From contig OX597817.1 in NCBI GenBank assembly GCA_951406725.2, positions 98,952,001 through 99,016,000 on the forward strand: 64,000 nucleotides of DNA, in the 5' to 3' direction. Positions 12,560 to 24,405 of this stretch are shown here, one piece after another. Every line of letters starts with the position of its first letter. The stretch's first letter is position 1. The position numbers were made by a program, and so were the translations under genes. Under the pieces are notes generated by a model. The model saw only the letters and a program-made list of their open reading frames with translations, searched no databases and was not told the origin of the DNA. The DNA comes from Octopus vulgaris (taxonomy: Eukaryota).

Positions 12560-12945
12560 CAAAGATAAATTGATAGATACAACTGAGTGGGCAAACAAAA
12601 TATGAGACACTGCGTAGTGCTTTTTTATATTTTGATAAGCCTGATACTTATTCTATCAGTTTCTTCTTGTGAAACCAGTAAGTTATGGGGATGTAAATAA
12701 ACGAACACAAGTTGTGAAGCAGTGATGAGGGATAAATACAAAGACACACACACAAACTTACATATATACATACATATATATACAATTGATTTCTTTAAGT
12801 TTCTCTCTACAAAATCCACTGACAAGGCTTTGGTTGATCTCAGGCTATAGCAAAAGACACATGCCAAGTTACAACACAGTGGGACTGAACTGAAGACCAT
12901 GTGTTTTGGAACCAAGTTTGTTACCAAACACCCACACCTGCACCT
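12560..12945 (-). mobile_element. Diverged tRNA-SINE (part of a duplicated block)
   Basis: Similar to the SINEs at 27918-28293 and 53078-53486; close paralog at 14955-15340. Confidence 0.75.
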
Positions 12946-13198
12946 ATGTATGTGTGTGTGGGGGGGGGTATGTGTGTGAATGTGTGTATGGGTGTATATA
13001 TGTATGCATATATATATATATGTGTATATATATGTGTACATATTATATGTACAACTATATATATATATATATATATATACATCTAGATATACATGTATAT
13101 CTATAGAAATACATCTAGATATACATGTATATCTATAGAAATACATCTATACATATACATGTATACATATACAGCTATATGTATACATGTATATATAT

Positions 13199-13253
<55 letters not shown>

Positions 13254-13366
13254 GCTGTTAATTTTGCTGTTGAATTTATAAATGGTCTATGACTATTTAC
13301 TTTTTTCCCACTAGGCCGCTGGTGGCAAAAAAATTCTGCAAAATTTTTTTGCCACCCTATATTGAT

Positions 13367-13415
<49 letters not shown>

Positions 13416-13426
13416 GTATATATATA

Positions 13427-14871
13427 CTAGCATTATGACCTGTCGTTGCCGGGTCATAGTGCTAGTGCATGTATATATGTGTATATATATGTGTACATGT
13501 TACATGTACATCTATATACATACATCTACACATAAAATACAAAATACAAAGTTATATCTTGATATCGCTAGTGATAACAATACTCAAAATATATAACAGA
13601 CTGGAATTGTAGGCCTGTCTCTTGCAATTTTGATCAATTGTATCTTGTCCTCCCTCTTGTATAGAAGTGTGGCTACAATCTAGCCTACCGCTACTTCTGG
13701 GGGGACATTTTTAATTTCTATCATGGACGTCCTACGTCCCAGATATAAAGGTGAAAATAAAATATTTCCACTTTACAAGTTCGAGGCGAGTACTCCCTTG
13801 CATGCTCTGTTGACTCGAACCTTGCTTCTAGTGTGGCAAATTTACCGCCTCTGGTTAGATATCTTTCATAGTCGCACCAAGACACTTTTCGATGGTGCTT
13901 TCCTCCAGGTGTTCAAATCTTTTTTTTTTCTCTACATTGTATACTTTATAGACAATAGTCTTGTCTTTAATTTAATTTCTTATTTTTCTTTTGGTGGTGT
14001 TATCACTAGATTCACCGTCTTCGTCTGTGATCAATCCGAAATAGGTTTGTATTTCTTCCATTTTAATTTTAATGAGCTCACGCCTGCCAACGGCTGCAGT
14101 GAAATTCATTTTTGGACTGTTTTCTATCGAAGGCATTCTAACAAAAATGCTTCTGTGTAAACGGTGAAAATATTGTCAATTTCTCCAAAGAAGGACACAA
14201 TTCAATTTTTAAACAATAACCAAAGCTCCTTCTCCCAAAGGTGGAGGGTTACAGTTTACAATTATTTAACAAATGTAACACAACAAAGTTTCCCTTTCAA
14301 GGAACCAACAAACGTGATAACAATAGTTAAATAGAAACAATAATAACAACAAACATTACGGTGAATCAAAAAGCAGCATGCAGTCCCTTATGTATAATAG
14401 TCCATCTGGACTATTCTATTTTTGCACACTAATTTTATTTTTAATTTATTCCCATTCATGTGAAACCACTCATTCAAGTTCAAGTCATTGATGCAATTTT
14501 ATACCAATTGTTATTTTTACTTTTGTTATGTTACGATTATATTATACTTTAGTTTGATTTTAATTATTACGTATTACATATAATTCAATTGTTATTATTA
14601 TCTCTAATTTTTATTGTTAAAGTGAAAGTATCTGACATAAAATAGAGAAATGTTTTTGTTTCACTTTTAACACGTAAGACTGAAATAGTGGAGAAGATAT
14701 GATGTTGCTGTGGGCTCACCCTAGGCAAGAAGTTAACCATTTTTTTGCCCATGACACTCCATGGACCCTAAGTAAGGCACGTGTCAAATTTGAATGAAAT
14801 TGGTTGTGTAGTTCTCAAGTTTTAGAGATTCACACAGACAGACAGACAGACAGACAGACACAAATTCTCAG

Positions 14872-14885
<14 letters not shown>
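13427..14885 (-). mobile_element. Non-autonomous Helitron-like element (boundaries tentative)
   Basis: Minus-strand 3' end is a hairpin (ATGACCCGGCAACGACAGGTCAT) followed by CTAG-T at ~13427; segment 14630-14880 is repeated at 16211-16432, which ends in A|TC-TATATATAAAA on the minus strand. Confidence 0.45.
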
Positions 14886-14924
<39 letters not shown>

Positions 14925-14954
14925 GTATATGTATATGTATACACACACACACAC

Positions 14955-15340
14955 CAAGATAAATTGATAGATACAACTGAGTGGGCAAACAAAAATATGA
15001 GACACTGCGTAGTGCTTTTTTATATTTTGATAAGCTTGGTACTTATTCTATCAGTTTCTTTATGTGAATCCAGTAAGTTATGGGTATGTAAATAAACGAA
15101 CCCCAGTTGTGAAGCAGTGATGAGGGAGAAACACAAAGACACACACATAGACTTACACATATACATGCATATACATACAATTGATTTCTTTAAGTTTCTG
15201 TCTACAAAATCCACTGACAAGGCTTTGGTTGGTCTCTGGCTATAGCAGAAGACACATGCCAAGTTACCACACAGTGAGACTGAACTGAGGACCATGTGTT
15301 TTGGAACCAAGTTTGTTCCCACACAGCCACACCTGCACCT
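14955..15340 (-). mobile_element. Diverged tRNA-SINE (duplicate of 12560-12945)
   Basis: Direct repeat of 12560-12945 including the flanking microsatellite pattern. Confidence 0.75.
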
Positions 15341-15548
15341 ATGTATGTATGTGTGTATGTGTGTGTGTGTGTATGTGTGTATGGGTGTATATATGTATGC
15401 ATATATATATGTGTATATATATGTGTACATATTACATGTACATCTATATATATATACATCTAGACATACATGTATACACATACATGTATATCTATAGAAA
15501 TACATCTGTATATATACATCTATACGTATACATGTATACATATACAGC

Positions 15549-15624
<76 letters not shown>

Positions 15625-15762
15625 GCGATGGCCTCATGGAGCTAATAAGCAGACAGCTTTTTTCTTATTTTTATAAGAATGCCATATTAGTATGGCGATA
15701 ACTATTATTTTCCGGGAACGCTGCCGCTGTTCTCTTTTAGAGAGACTTAGTTATTTTAATAT

Positions 15763-15814
15763 TTCTATTATTGAAAACAAGTGGATGTATTCCACCGAAA
15801 CTAGGTAAATAAAA
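15763..15814 (+). ncRNA. Hammerhead-like motif 1 (U3-A8 core, irregular junctions)
   Basis: ttctatta TTGAAAA caa GTGGA tgtat TCCAC c GAAA C tag G TA aataaaa. Confidence 0.5.
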
Positions 15815-15844
15815 CCATCGAACAGAGATTGTCGGAAGCGACAC

Positions 15845-15915
15845 CTACTGGCTGGCTACGCTGCATTGAAAAGGGGCAATACCCCGAAACGCGTCTGTAG
15901 CTGCCGGTCAAGTAG
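15845..15915 (+). ncRNA. Type I hammerhead ribozyme 2 (U3-A8 core, palindromic minimal stem III)
   Basis: GCTGCA TTGAAAA GGGG caata CCCC GAAA C GC G TC^ TGTAGC; distal stem I CTACTGGCTGGC/GCCGGTCAAGTAG; predicted cleavage after 15895. Confidence 0.8.
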
Positions 15916-16127
15916 TGTGGAGCGACTGACCTCCCTTGTTCGAAGGTTATATGGATACAGTTTGTGTATCAAATAGCTAACTTAAGGCGATGGCCTCATG
16001 AAGCTAATAAGCGGACAGCTTTTTTGTTATTTTTATAAGAATGCCATATTAGTATGGCGATAACTATTATTTTCCGGGAACGCTGCCGCTGTTCTCTTTT
16101 AGAGAGACTTAGTTATTTTAATATTTC

Positions 16128-16200
<73 letters not shown>

Positions 16201-16210
16201 CATATACATG

Positions 16211-16432
16211 CAATAGAGAGATCTTTTTGTTTCCTTTTAACACATAAGACTGAAATAGTGAAGAAGATATGATGTTGCTGTGGGCTCACCCTAGGCAAAA
16301 AGTTTAAACATTTTTTTTGCCCGTAACACTACATGGACCCTAAGTAAGGCATGTCTAAAATTTGAATGAAATTGGTTGTGTAGTTCTCAAGTTTTAGGGA
16401 CACACACACATTCCTAGTTTTATATATATAGA
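16211..16432 (-). mobile_element. Helitron-like 5' terminal fragment
   Basis: Repeat of ~14640-14880 and, inverted, ~50260-50430; minus strand starts TC-TATATATATAAAAC. Confidence 0.5.
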
Positions 16433-16664
16433 TTTCTAAATTCAGTGTGTGGCAAAGCAATAAGCTGACCCCTGATTATAATTATGCTTATAATTACAGA
16501 TTATTTGTATAATTTTACCTAAAAAGGTTATTTTAACATAACCGAACTACTTGGTAAAATTATTAATTATTAATTAATTAATTGATTGATTAGTTAATTA
16601 ATTTTACCTTTTTATTATTATTATATATATGTTTTTATGTATATGTATATGTATATATATATAT

Positions 16665-17735
16665 GAGCAAAACGCCCCCCCCACCCGTCCAATGGATGGT
16701 GCTGAGTTGTCAAACATTTTAACCAAATTTTCTCAAAACGACTTGTCCAACCATCCCATAGGCCTCCCTTTTGAGAAACACTGATTTAATCTAAATTTGA
16801 GACACCAGCAAAAGAAGAAATAAAGATAGACTTTTTTCTATTCCAAAGAAAAACGATTTTATTCACACAGGCTGTTGACTGGGAGAACACAAACATGGTT
16901 TAAACAGTAAGCTTGGCAGGAAAGAAACATGCCTTTAAGCAGTATAAAAACAACAAAAAATGGAAGGTGCTGTTATGTACTGGTCGACGGAAGAAAAGCA
17001 GGACAAAAACGATGCATGCAAATGGGTTAGCTAGAGGTAAATCTAGATGGAAATGCATGATGAATTTATGAGAACATACCTTGGACAATAATAAGATTAT
17101 CCCATAAAACATGTAGGAAATCAACTTGGGGCGATTTTTGATGAAAAGCAAGAACCTAGGAAACTAAGTAACTAATTTTAAGCTAACTTACTTTATGGGA
17201 TGTTCAAGGGCATGGAAAAACTAGTGGAGCATAGCCTTGTAAACCACATTCCTTGTTAGTAGAAAAGGTTTGTCGAACAGCCAACCCTTGAACAGCCCAC
17301 ATACAGTTGTCCATGCGAAAAGCAGGGAGTGCTATGGTCCAACCCCACAACTTTTAATGACTGCCCCTGTGCTTTGTTGATGGTCATCGCGAAGCTCAGG
17401 CAAATAGGGAACTGAATGCATTTCATCGGATAAACGCAGACCAACGGAATCAATGGCATGCAGGAAATAAAAATAACATCCCCTGCTCCTTGACCCATGA
17501 TAACTTTTGCCTTGAAAACGTCATCCATGATGTACTTGCGTGTACAAATGCACGTTCCCATGGCTTTATTGATCACATTCTCACCTGGAATCGATTTTTG
17601 TAATTTTTTCAAGACTTATACATGCCCTAATACTGTTGGTATCTACATACCAAATTTGAGTGCAATCGGATGGAGGATGCCAGAGATCCTGGAAGACACA
17701 CACACAGACAGACAGAACTGATTTTATATAATAGA
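16665..17735 (-). mobile_element. Internally deleted Helitron (unit 1) with helicase remnant
   Basis: 5' TC-TATTATATAAAATC at 17735; RepHel C-terminal fragment; both ends repeated in the adjacent unit 17737-18509. Confidence 0.75.
17256..17560 (-). pseudogene. Helitron RepHel PIF1-type helicase C-terminal fragment
   Basis: QFPICLSFAMTINKAQGQSLKVVGLD...FSHGQLYVGCSRV (SF1 helicase motifs V/VI). Confidence 0.88.
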
Positions 17736-17736
17736 C

Positions 17737-18509
17737 GAGCAAAACGCCCCACCCCATTCAATGGATGGTGCTGAGTCGTCAAACATTTAAACCAAATTTT
17801 CTCAAAACAACTTGTCCGGCCGTCCCATAGGCCTCCCCTTTGAGAAACACTGATTTAACCTAAATTTGAGACACCAGCAAAAGAAGACTTTTTTCTATTC
17901 CAAAGAAAAACGATTTTATTCACATAAATATGCAACTGAAGAGTTTAAAGTACCAGTAATGATAAGGTTGTTGACTGGGAGAACACAGACATGGTTTAAA
18001 CAGTAAGCTTGGCAGGAAAGAAACATGATTTTTTTTATTAAAAAATAATTAAGCATGCCTTTATTTCAATAAATATTTTGGTTTTGCTAAACAGTGTTAA
18101 GGCAAAAAAAAACTTCTTGAGAAACCAAATAGTCTTTCCTTCCTTCATGCCAAGTTTGAAGAAAATATTTCTTTTGCATCTTACATTTTTGGTCTCTTAA
18201 ATATACTGCATTTTGTGACATTATTTCAAGCTAGCCGGTTTTTTTTTGCACAAACTGCATGTGCATTTTTCTTGCATACGCGTAGTATCGATCATAACAG
18301 CTGATGTACTTGCATGTACAAATACACGTTCCCACGGCTTTATCGATCGCATTCTCTCCTAGAATCGATTTTTGTAATTTTTTCAAGACTTATACACGCC
18401 CTGATATCATCAGTATCTACATATCAAATTTGAGTGCAATCGGATGGAGGATGCCCAAGATCCTAGAAGACACACACAAAGACAGACAGAACAGATTTTA
18501 TATAATAGA
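17737..18509 (-). mobile_element. Internally deleted Helitron (unit 2), tandem with unit 1
   Basis: 17737-18030 repeats 16665-16930; 18304-18509 repeats 17528-17735; the middles differ. Confidence 0.7.
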
Positions 18510-18542
18510 TATGGATATATATATGGATATATATATATATAG

Positions 18543-19902
18543 TTTCAGGTGTGGAAGCAGGGATTAGAATCAAAGGGCCTTAGAGTCAACCTAGCTAAAA
18601 CCAAAGTCCTAATAAGTAGGAAGGTAGACAAATCAAAAACGTCTTCAGGTAGATGGCCCTGCTCCATCTGTAGAAAAGGCATAGGTAGAAATTCTATAAG
18701 ATGTACCAAGTGTAAGCTATGGACACATAAGAGGTGCAGCAATATCAAAGGAAGGCTAACTAGGAAGATAGTTTTTGTATGTGGCAGATATGCAGGAGCA
18801 ATAAACACTGAAAATGTGCAGAGAACAACTTCCGCCACATTCCAGGGAGAAAAACTAGAAGTAGTTGATAGCTTCCGTTACCTAGGTGACCAAGTCAGTA
18901 GATGGGGCGGGTGTGCTGAAAGTGTAACTGCCAGAGTAAGAATAGCCTGGGCAAAGTTCAGAGAGCTCTTACCTCTGCTGGTGAGAAAAGGCCTCTCGCT
19001 CAGAGTAAAAGGCAGACTGTATGATGCATGTGTACGAACAGCCATGCTACATGGCAGTGAAACATGGGCCGTGGCTGCTGAGGATATGCGTAAGCTCACA
19101 AGAAATGAAGCCAGTATGCTCCGATGGATGTGTAATGTCATTGTTCATACTCAACAGAGTGTAAGTACCTTGAGAGAAAAGTTGGACCTAAGACGCATCA
19201 GTTGTGGTGTGCAAGAAAGACGATTGCACTGGTATGGTCATGTGGCGAGAATAGATGAAGATAGATGTGTGAAAAAGTGCCACACCCTAGCGGTTGTGGG
19301 AACCTGTGGAAGAGGTAGACCCAGGAAAACCTGGGATGAGGTAGTGAAGCACGACCTTCGAACTTTAGGCAATAACTAGTGATCGAGACCTTTGGAAATA
19401 TGCTGTGCATGAGAAGACCTGGCAGGACAAGTGAGACCATAATCTGTGGCCTTTACCTGGGATGTAGCCAGTCCACTTATGCATACCTTTCCTTCTTGGG
19501 ACACAAAACTCTGCTTGCAAAGACCTGTTGGGGCAAGTGAAATCGAAATCGATCAGAAATCAATGGAAATTGTAGTTGTGATACCAGTGCCGGTGGCACA
19601 TAAAGAACCATCCGAACGTGACCATTGCCAGCACTGCCTCGACTGGCCTCCGTGCCGGTGGCACGTAAAAAGCACCAACTGATGATCGTGGCCGTTGCCA
19701 GCCTCACCTGGCACCTGTGCCAGTGGCAAGTAAAAAGCACCCACTACACTCACAGAGTGGTTGGCGTTAGGGAGGGCATCCAGCCGTAGAAACACTGCCA
19801 GATAGACTGGGCCTGGTGCAGTCTCCTGGCTTCTCAGACACCGGTTGAACCGTCCAACCCATGCTAGCATGGAAAGCGGACGTTAAACGATGATGATGAT
19901 GA

Positions 19903-19905
<3 letters not shown>
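18543..19905 (+). mobile_element. RTE-clade LINE 3' portion with PHD-like finger, 3' UTR and (ATG)n tail
   Basis: GLRVNLAKTK, WPCSICRKG...CTKC..WTHKRC, FRYLG, LHGSETW, WYGHV, RGRPRKTW; ends GGACGTTAAACGATGATGATG. Confidence 0.9.
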
Positions 19906-19933
<28 letters not shown>

Positions 19934-21232
19934 CGAGGGGTGTTCAATAAGTAATGCCCCTGACCCAATTCCCATAGCAGTAGAGCGACGAAACTTGGCA
20001 CAGTTATTAGTCTTTTTCTACATAGGAACCATAGGAACCACTCAGAGTTACACATTTCTCCCATCGTTTGATGCAACTCTGGAGACCGTTTTTGTAGAAG
20101 ACCCCAGCTTGGTCCTCCAACCACGACGTGACTTCAGAAATCAAGGCTGCATCATCTGCGAAACGCTTTCCTTTCAAAAACAACTTCATGGCTGGGAAGA
20201 GGTGAAAATCAGAGGGTGCAAGGTCAGAAGAGTAGGGGGATAGGGGAGGAGTTAATAGCTGCATGCCTGTGCTTCTGATCTGGCGACACGCGAGTTGTAG
20301 ACCGGAGCGTTGTCCTGCAGGAGGAGGATGCCTCTGCTGATCTTGCCCCGCCTCTTGATTTTGATAGCTTCTATTAATTTCCTCAAAAGTGAAGCATAAT
20401 AGGCTCCTGTAATTGTGGTACCCTTTGCCAGGAAATCTGTCATCACTACTCCGTCCTGGCCCCAGAAGACTGTGAGCATGACCTTGCCAGCGGAGGGCTG
20501 CACCCTTGCCTTCTTTGGAGGAGGTGAGTCACGGTGCTTCCACTGCATTGACTGGGCTTTGGTGTCTGGATCATAGTGATGGACCCAGGTTTCATCCTGT
20601 GTAATCAGTCTTTTGAAAAATTTTGACTCATCTTCTTGGCACATCTCCAAATTCATCCTCGAGCACTCGACACGTTCTTGCTTCTGGAAAGGTGTGAGCA
20701 ACCTGGGAATCCATCTGGCAGATACCTTTTGCATATGCAAATGGTCATGAATGATAGTTTCCACAGACCTGGTACTAAACTTGACCTCATGGGCTATTTG
20801 GCGAATAGTTATGCGTCGATCTTCCAAAATGGCAGCCTCAACTTGATGGACAGATGCCTCATCAATGGCAGAAGGGGGCGACCAGATCTGGGAGCTGTTT
20901 CCACAGAGTTCCAACCATGTTTGAATTCACGATGCCAGCGTTTTACAAGGTCATATGATGGGGCATCATCACCATAAGTTACTTTCATTTCATCAAAAGT
21001 CTCCCGTGGTGTGCGTCCTTTCAAATACAAAAACCGGATAACTGCTCGACACTCAACAGGCTCCATTTCACACTTGACTCAGTTCAAACACCTGTAAATC
21101 AGAAACCACAATTAGTTCAGAGCTGTAATTTGCCACTTAATATATAGAGATATAAATAATTGCACATGTAAATTTTCAGCTAGATCAAACAACTGCAAGT
21201 GGGTCAGAGGCATTACTTATTGAACACCCCTC

Positions 21233-21233
<1 letters not shown>
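19934..21233 (-). mobile_element. Full-length mariner (Tc1/mariner) transposon, 1300 bp
   Basis: 34-bp TIRs CGAGGGGTGTTCAATAAGTAATGCC(C/T)CTGACCCA with 1 mismatch; TA on both sides within (TA)n. Confidence 0.96.
20007..21066 (-). pseudogene. Mariner transposase, two frameshifts
   Basis: HTH N-term (RAVIRFLYLKG), WIPRLL, ITQDETW, LQDNAP, PYSSDLAPSDFHLF across ORFs 20809-21066, 20252-20914 and 20007-20264. Confidence 0.93.
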
Positions 21234-21280
<47 letters not shown>

Positions 21281-21380
21281 ATATATATACATGTGTGTGT
21301 GTGTGAGTGTATATATATCTATATATATATATATAAAAAATCTTGCACAACAAATATTTAAACGTATATGTATATATATA

Positions 21381-21430
<50 letters not shown>

Positions 21431-22069
21431 CGATCTTGCAAGCATGAAGTGGATTCGATCCACCATAGCCAAATTTAAATTAACACTGCAACAGAACTGT
21501 TCCCACGATGGAACTATGGCTTTTCTCTGACAGCAGTTTTACATTTTCCAGATGCCTTTAGCTAGGCCAAAATAATATCTTCACCACTTGGCCCTTTCTA
21601 ACCTCTTCTACTTCACCAAAAGCTAGAATAGAGATAACAAGAGCACCAACTAAATCTGTTGTTCTCAATGTTCTCAACTATCCTTATAGATAGTTATATA
21701 AACAATCACACCACAAGCAAAAGTCAGTTAGTCACAGTTGGTGACGACTCAATGAACTCTGGCTGACCAGCTAGAACATTGGTCAGAGGGAGAAATGAAG
21801 TTTACTGTCAGCAACTGTGAGACAATGTCCCACACCCTACAACCCTCACTAGTTCTAATTCTGTTCTCTTGCAACATCATTCTATCTCTGTCTGCATTTA
21901 CTACTAAACAATAAAGAGGACACTAACACAAACTTTACTTCGCATGCCTTTGGATTTATCATTAACCTGCCTGTCAAAGCAAGGTACTATAGCATAATGG
22001 TAAATAAATACTTTCTTAAAACTTCATGCACTGTTCATCTTTTACAGCTTACAACTTGCCATCATAACA

Positions 22070-22345
22070 GCTAAACTTTACCATTAGAACTGGTGACCCT
22101 GAACAAGAGAATTGCAGCCTTCCTAAGAACCAAAACTATATCATTACAACTGGTGACCCCGGACAAGATAATTGCTGCCTTGCTAAGAACCAAAAACTTT
22201 ATTGTTACAATTGGTGACCCCAAACAAGAGAATTGCAACCTTCCTAAGAACTAACCATTACAAACTGGCGACCCCAACGTTGCACCATAACAGGCATAGC
22301 TACAAAAATAAAACTTTATCGCTTGCAACTTGGTGATCGTGTGTA
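22070..22345 (+). repeat. Tandem ~60-bp repeats each containing an LTR end plus a tRNA-Trp-type PBS
   Basis: TGG(T/C)GACCC at 22091, 22151, 22212, 22266 and degenerate at 22332; most are preceded by an ATTACA-like LTR end. Confidence 0.75.
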
Positions 22346-22889
22346 AAGAGAATTGATACCTTCCGATGCTACATGCCACTGTATCTTGCTGATTCAAACT
22401 AAAGAACTAGAATATCAACAGTCGCTAAACCAAAGGAAAAATAATCTTCGTCTCCACCAGGATGCAACCTCCATCGACCTGCTATAGAAAGCACTATACT
22501 GCAATGCAATGTACGATGGACTCCACAACAATGCAACACTGCCAATGCACAAGAAATTTGCTGACTATGAAAGCCTATAAATACATCATTTCAACAGCTG
22601 CGTACCCAGAAACTAACTGGAAGATGATACGGAAGCCAGCACATGCAACCTTTTCAGCACACACACACTTTTCGTCTCATCCTGACATACAAACCCTGCA
22701 TTGTCTATGAACGTTTGCACATACATAAGACTCACATAGACTTTCAACAACTCTTTTTCTTTGCATGCACATCTTTTCACTTTCAGCAGTAGACTTTTAA
22801 CAAAGGACAATATTTTCAGTTAAGTTTATTATTTTTGCTTATTTTATTGTTCTGTTTGCACTGCATACTTTCATTCGTTTATGAGTTAC

Positions 22890-23137
22890 ACATATTCCGT
22901 GCTGCACATATACCACGATGTACACATTCCGCGACGTACACGTTCTGCGAAGCATATATTCTGTGACACACACATTCTGCGGAGCACATATTCTGCGAAG
23001 CACACATTCCGCGATGCAAACATTCCACAATGTGCACATTCCATGAAGCACACATTCCGCAATGCACACATTTCATGATGCACACATTCCATGATGCACA
23101 CATTCTGCGATGCACACATTCCGCGATGCACAAATTC
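22890..23137 (+). repeat. 16-bp minisatellite (CACACATTCCGCGATG)n inside the LTR element
   Basis: About 15 diverged tandem copies. Confidence 0.8.
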
Positions 23138-24405
23138 TATGATGATTCGTTTCACTAAAACAGCTAAATTCATGTGCATATCTTTTTGAATGTTCTTTAT
23201 TATTATTCATATTTTGCATGTACTTTTTTCGTTCACTTTGAAGATGTTTGTATTGTTGCATGCACACAAGCATGCACCTTTCCTCAGCACCTGGCCTTTG
23301 CGCTCTCATCTGCACACATGATTCATAGACACACCAATGCTATCTCTGTCACAATCATACACCACACATGCCTATCTCGCTTGTTTTCCATGCTCAATGC
23401 ACCCTTGTAGACACAACTCATCTCTGTAAGACCCTAGGTCGGTCACGCATGCATAAAGAAAGTTGTTTGTCCCCTACAATGCACTAGCATGCCACACTTT
23501 CACTCCTGCACAATCGAGGCATATAATACCTCATGCACCAGCTGGCAGCCTCAGCCTTACTGCATTAATCACTGGCATATTCAATAATGTACACTATATT
23601 TGTAATCAATGCACTAGCATTAGCCTCACTTTGCAAGCTCTATTGCACACATGCACACGCAACTCTATTATACATCTATTGCCTTATTTTGCAACACGTC
23701 TGCATCAGCTCAATTCTTTTCCTAACCCAAAGCACGTCGGATGATCACATGCTATATGCTCATGTTTAGACATAATTTCCCCCTGTTGGACCCCTGTTTA
23801 GTCATGTAATTAACAGAGAAAATTATCTGTCTCATGCACCACTCCAGAATGCTTACACTGTCATTCTTACTAAGTCAGCAATTAACCACAACAACAGCAC
23901 CAGATGCATTTCACTGCTGAAAAACATTCCAAGGCATTTACCATACTTTCTTTGTCTCCTTCGATCGTTTGTTTCCTTTCAGGAACCTCACTGGCAAGGG
24001 GAGTTATGTAGTCGATCTTGCAAACATGAAGTGGATTTGATCCACTATAGCCAAATTTAAATTAATACTGCAACAGAACTGTTCCCACGATGGAACAATG
24101 GTTCTTCTCTGACAGCAGTTTTACATTTTCCAGATGCCTTTAGTTAGGCCAAAATAATGTCTTCACCACTTGACCCTTTCTAACCTCTTCTACTTCACCA
24201 AAAGCTAGAATAGAGATAACAAGAGCACCAACTAAATCTGTTGTTCTCAATGTTCTCAATTATCCTTCTAGATAGTTATAAAAGCAAGCATACCCTAAGC
24301 AAAAATCAGTTAGTCACAGTCGGTGACGACTCAACGAAGTCTGGCTGACCAGCTAGAACATTGGTCAGAGGGAGAAATGAAGTTTACTGTCAGCAACTGT
24401 GAGAC

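Larger units (their letters stand above)
15622..16133 (+). mobile_element. Retrozyme-like tandem element, 1.4 copies of a 362-bp unit, inserted in (TA)n
   Basis: AGGCGATGGCCTCATG at 15623 and 15985; non-coding; two hammerhead motifs; further copies at 42.0-42.3 and 43.97-44.95 kb. Confidence 0.8.
21425..24405 (+). mobile_element. Non-coding LTR retroelement (5' LTR 21425-~22088; 3' LTR 24007-24405, truncated)
   Basis: TGTAGTCGATCTTGCAA direct repeats over ~400 bp; PBS TGGTGACCC; purine tract GGCAAGGGGAG before the 3' LTR; no recognisable ORF inside. Confidence 0.85.

Noticed and set aside
22070-23137. Regularly spaced repeats as a CRISPR array
   Set aside because: Units are tandem without unique spacers, lie in an LTR element in eukaryotic DNA, and there are no cas genes.
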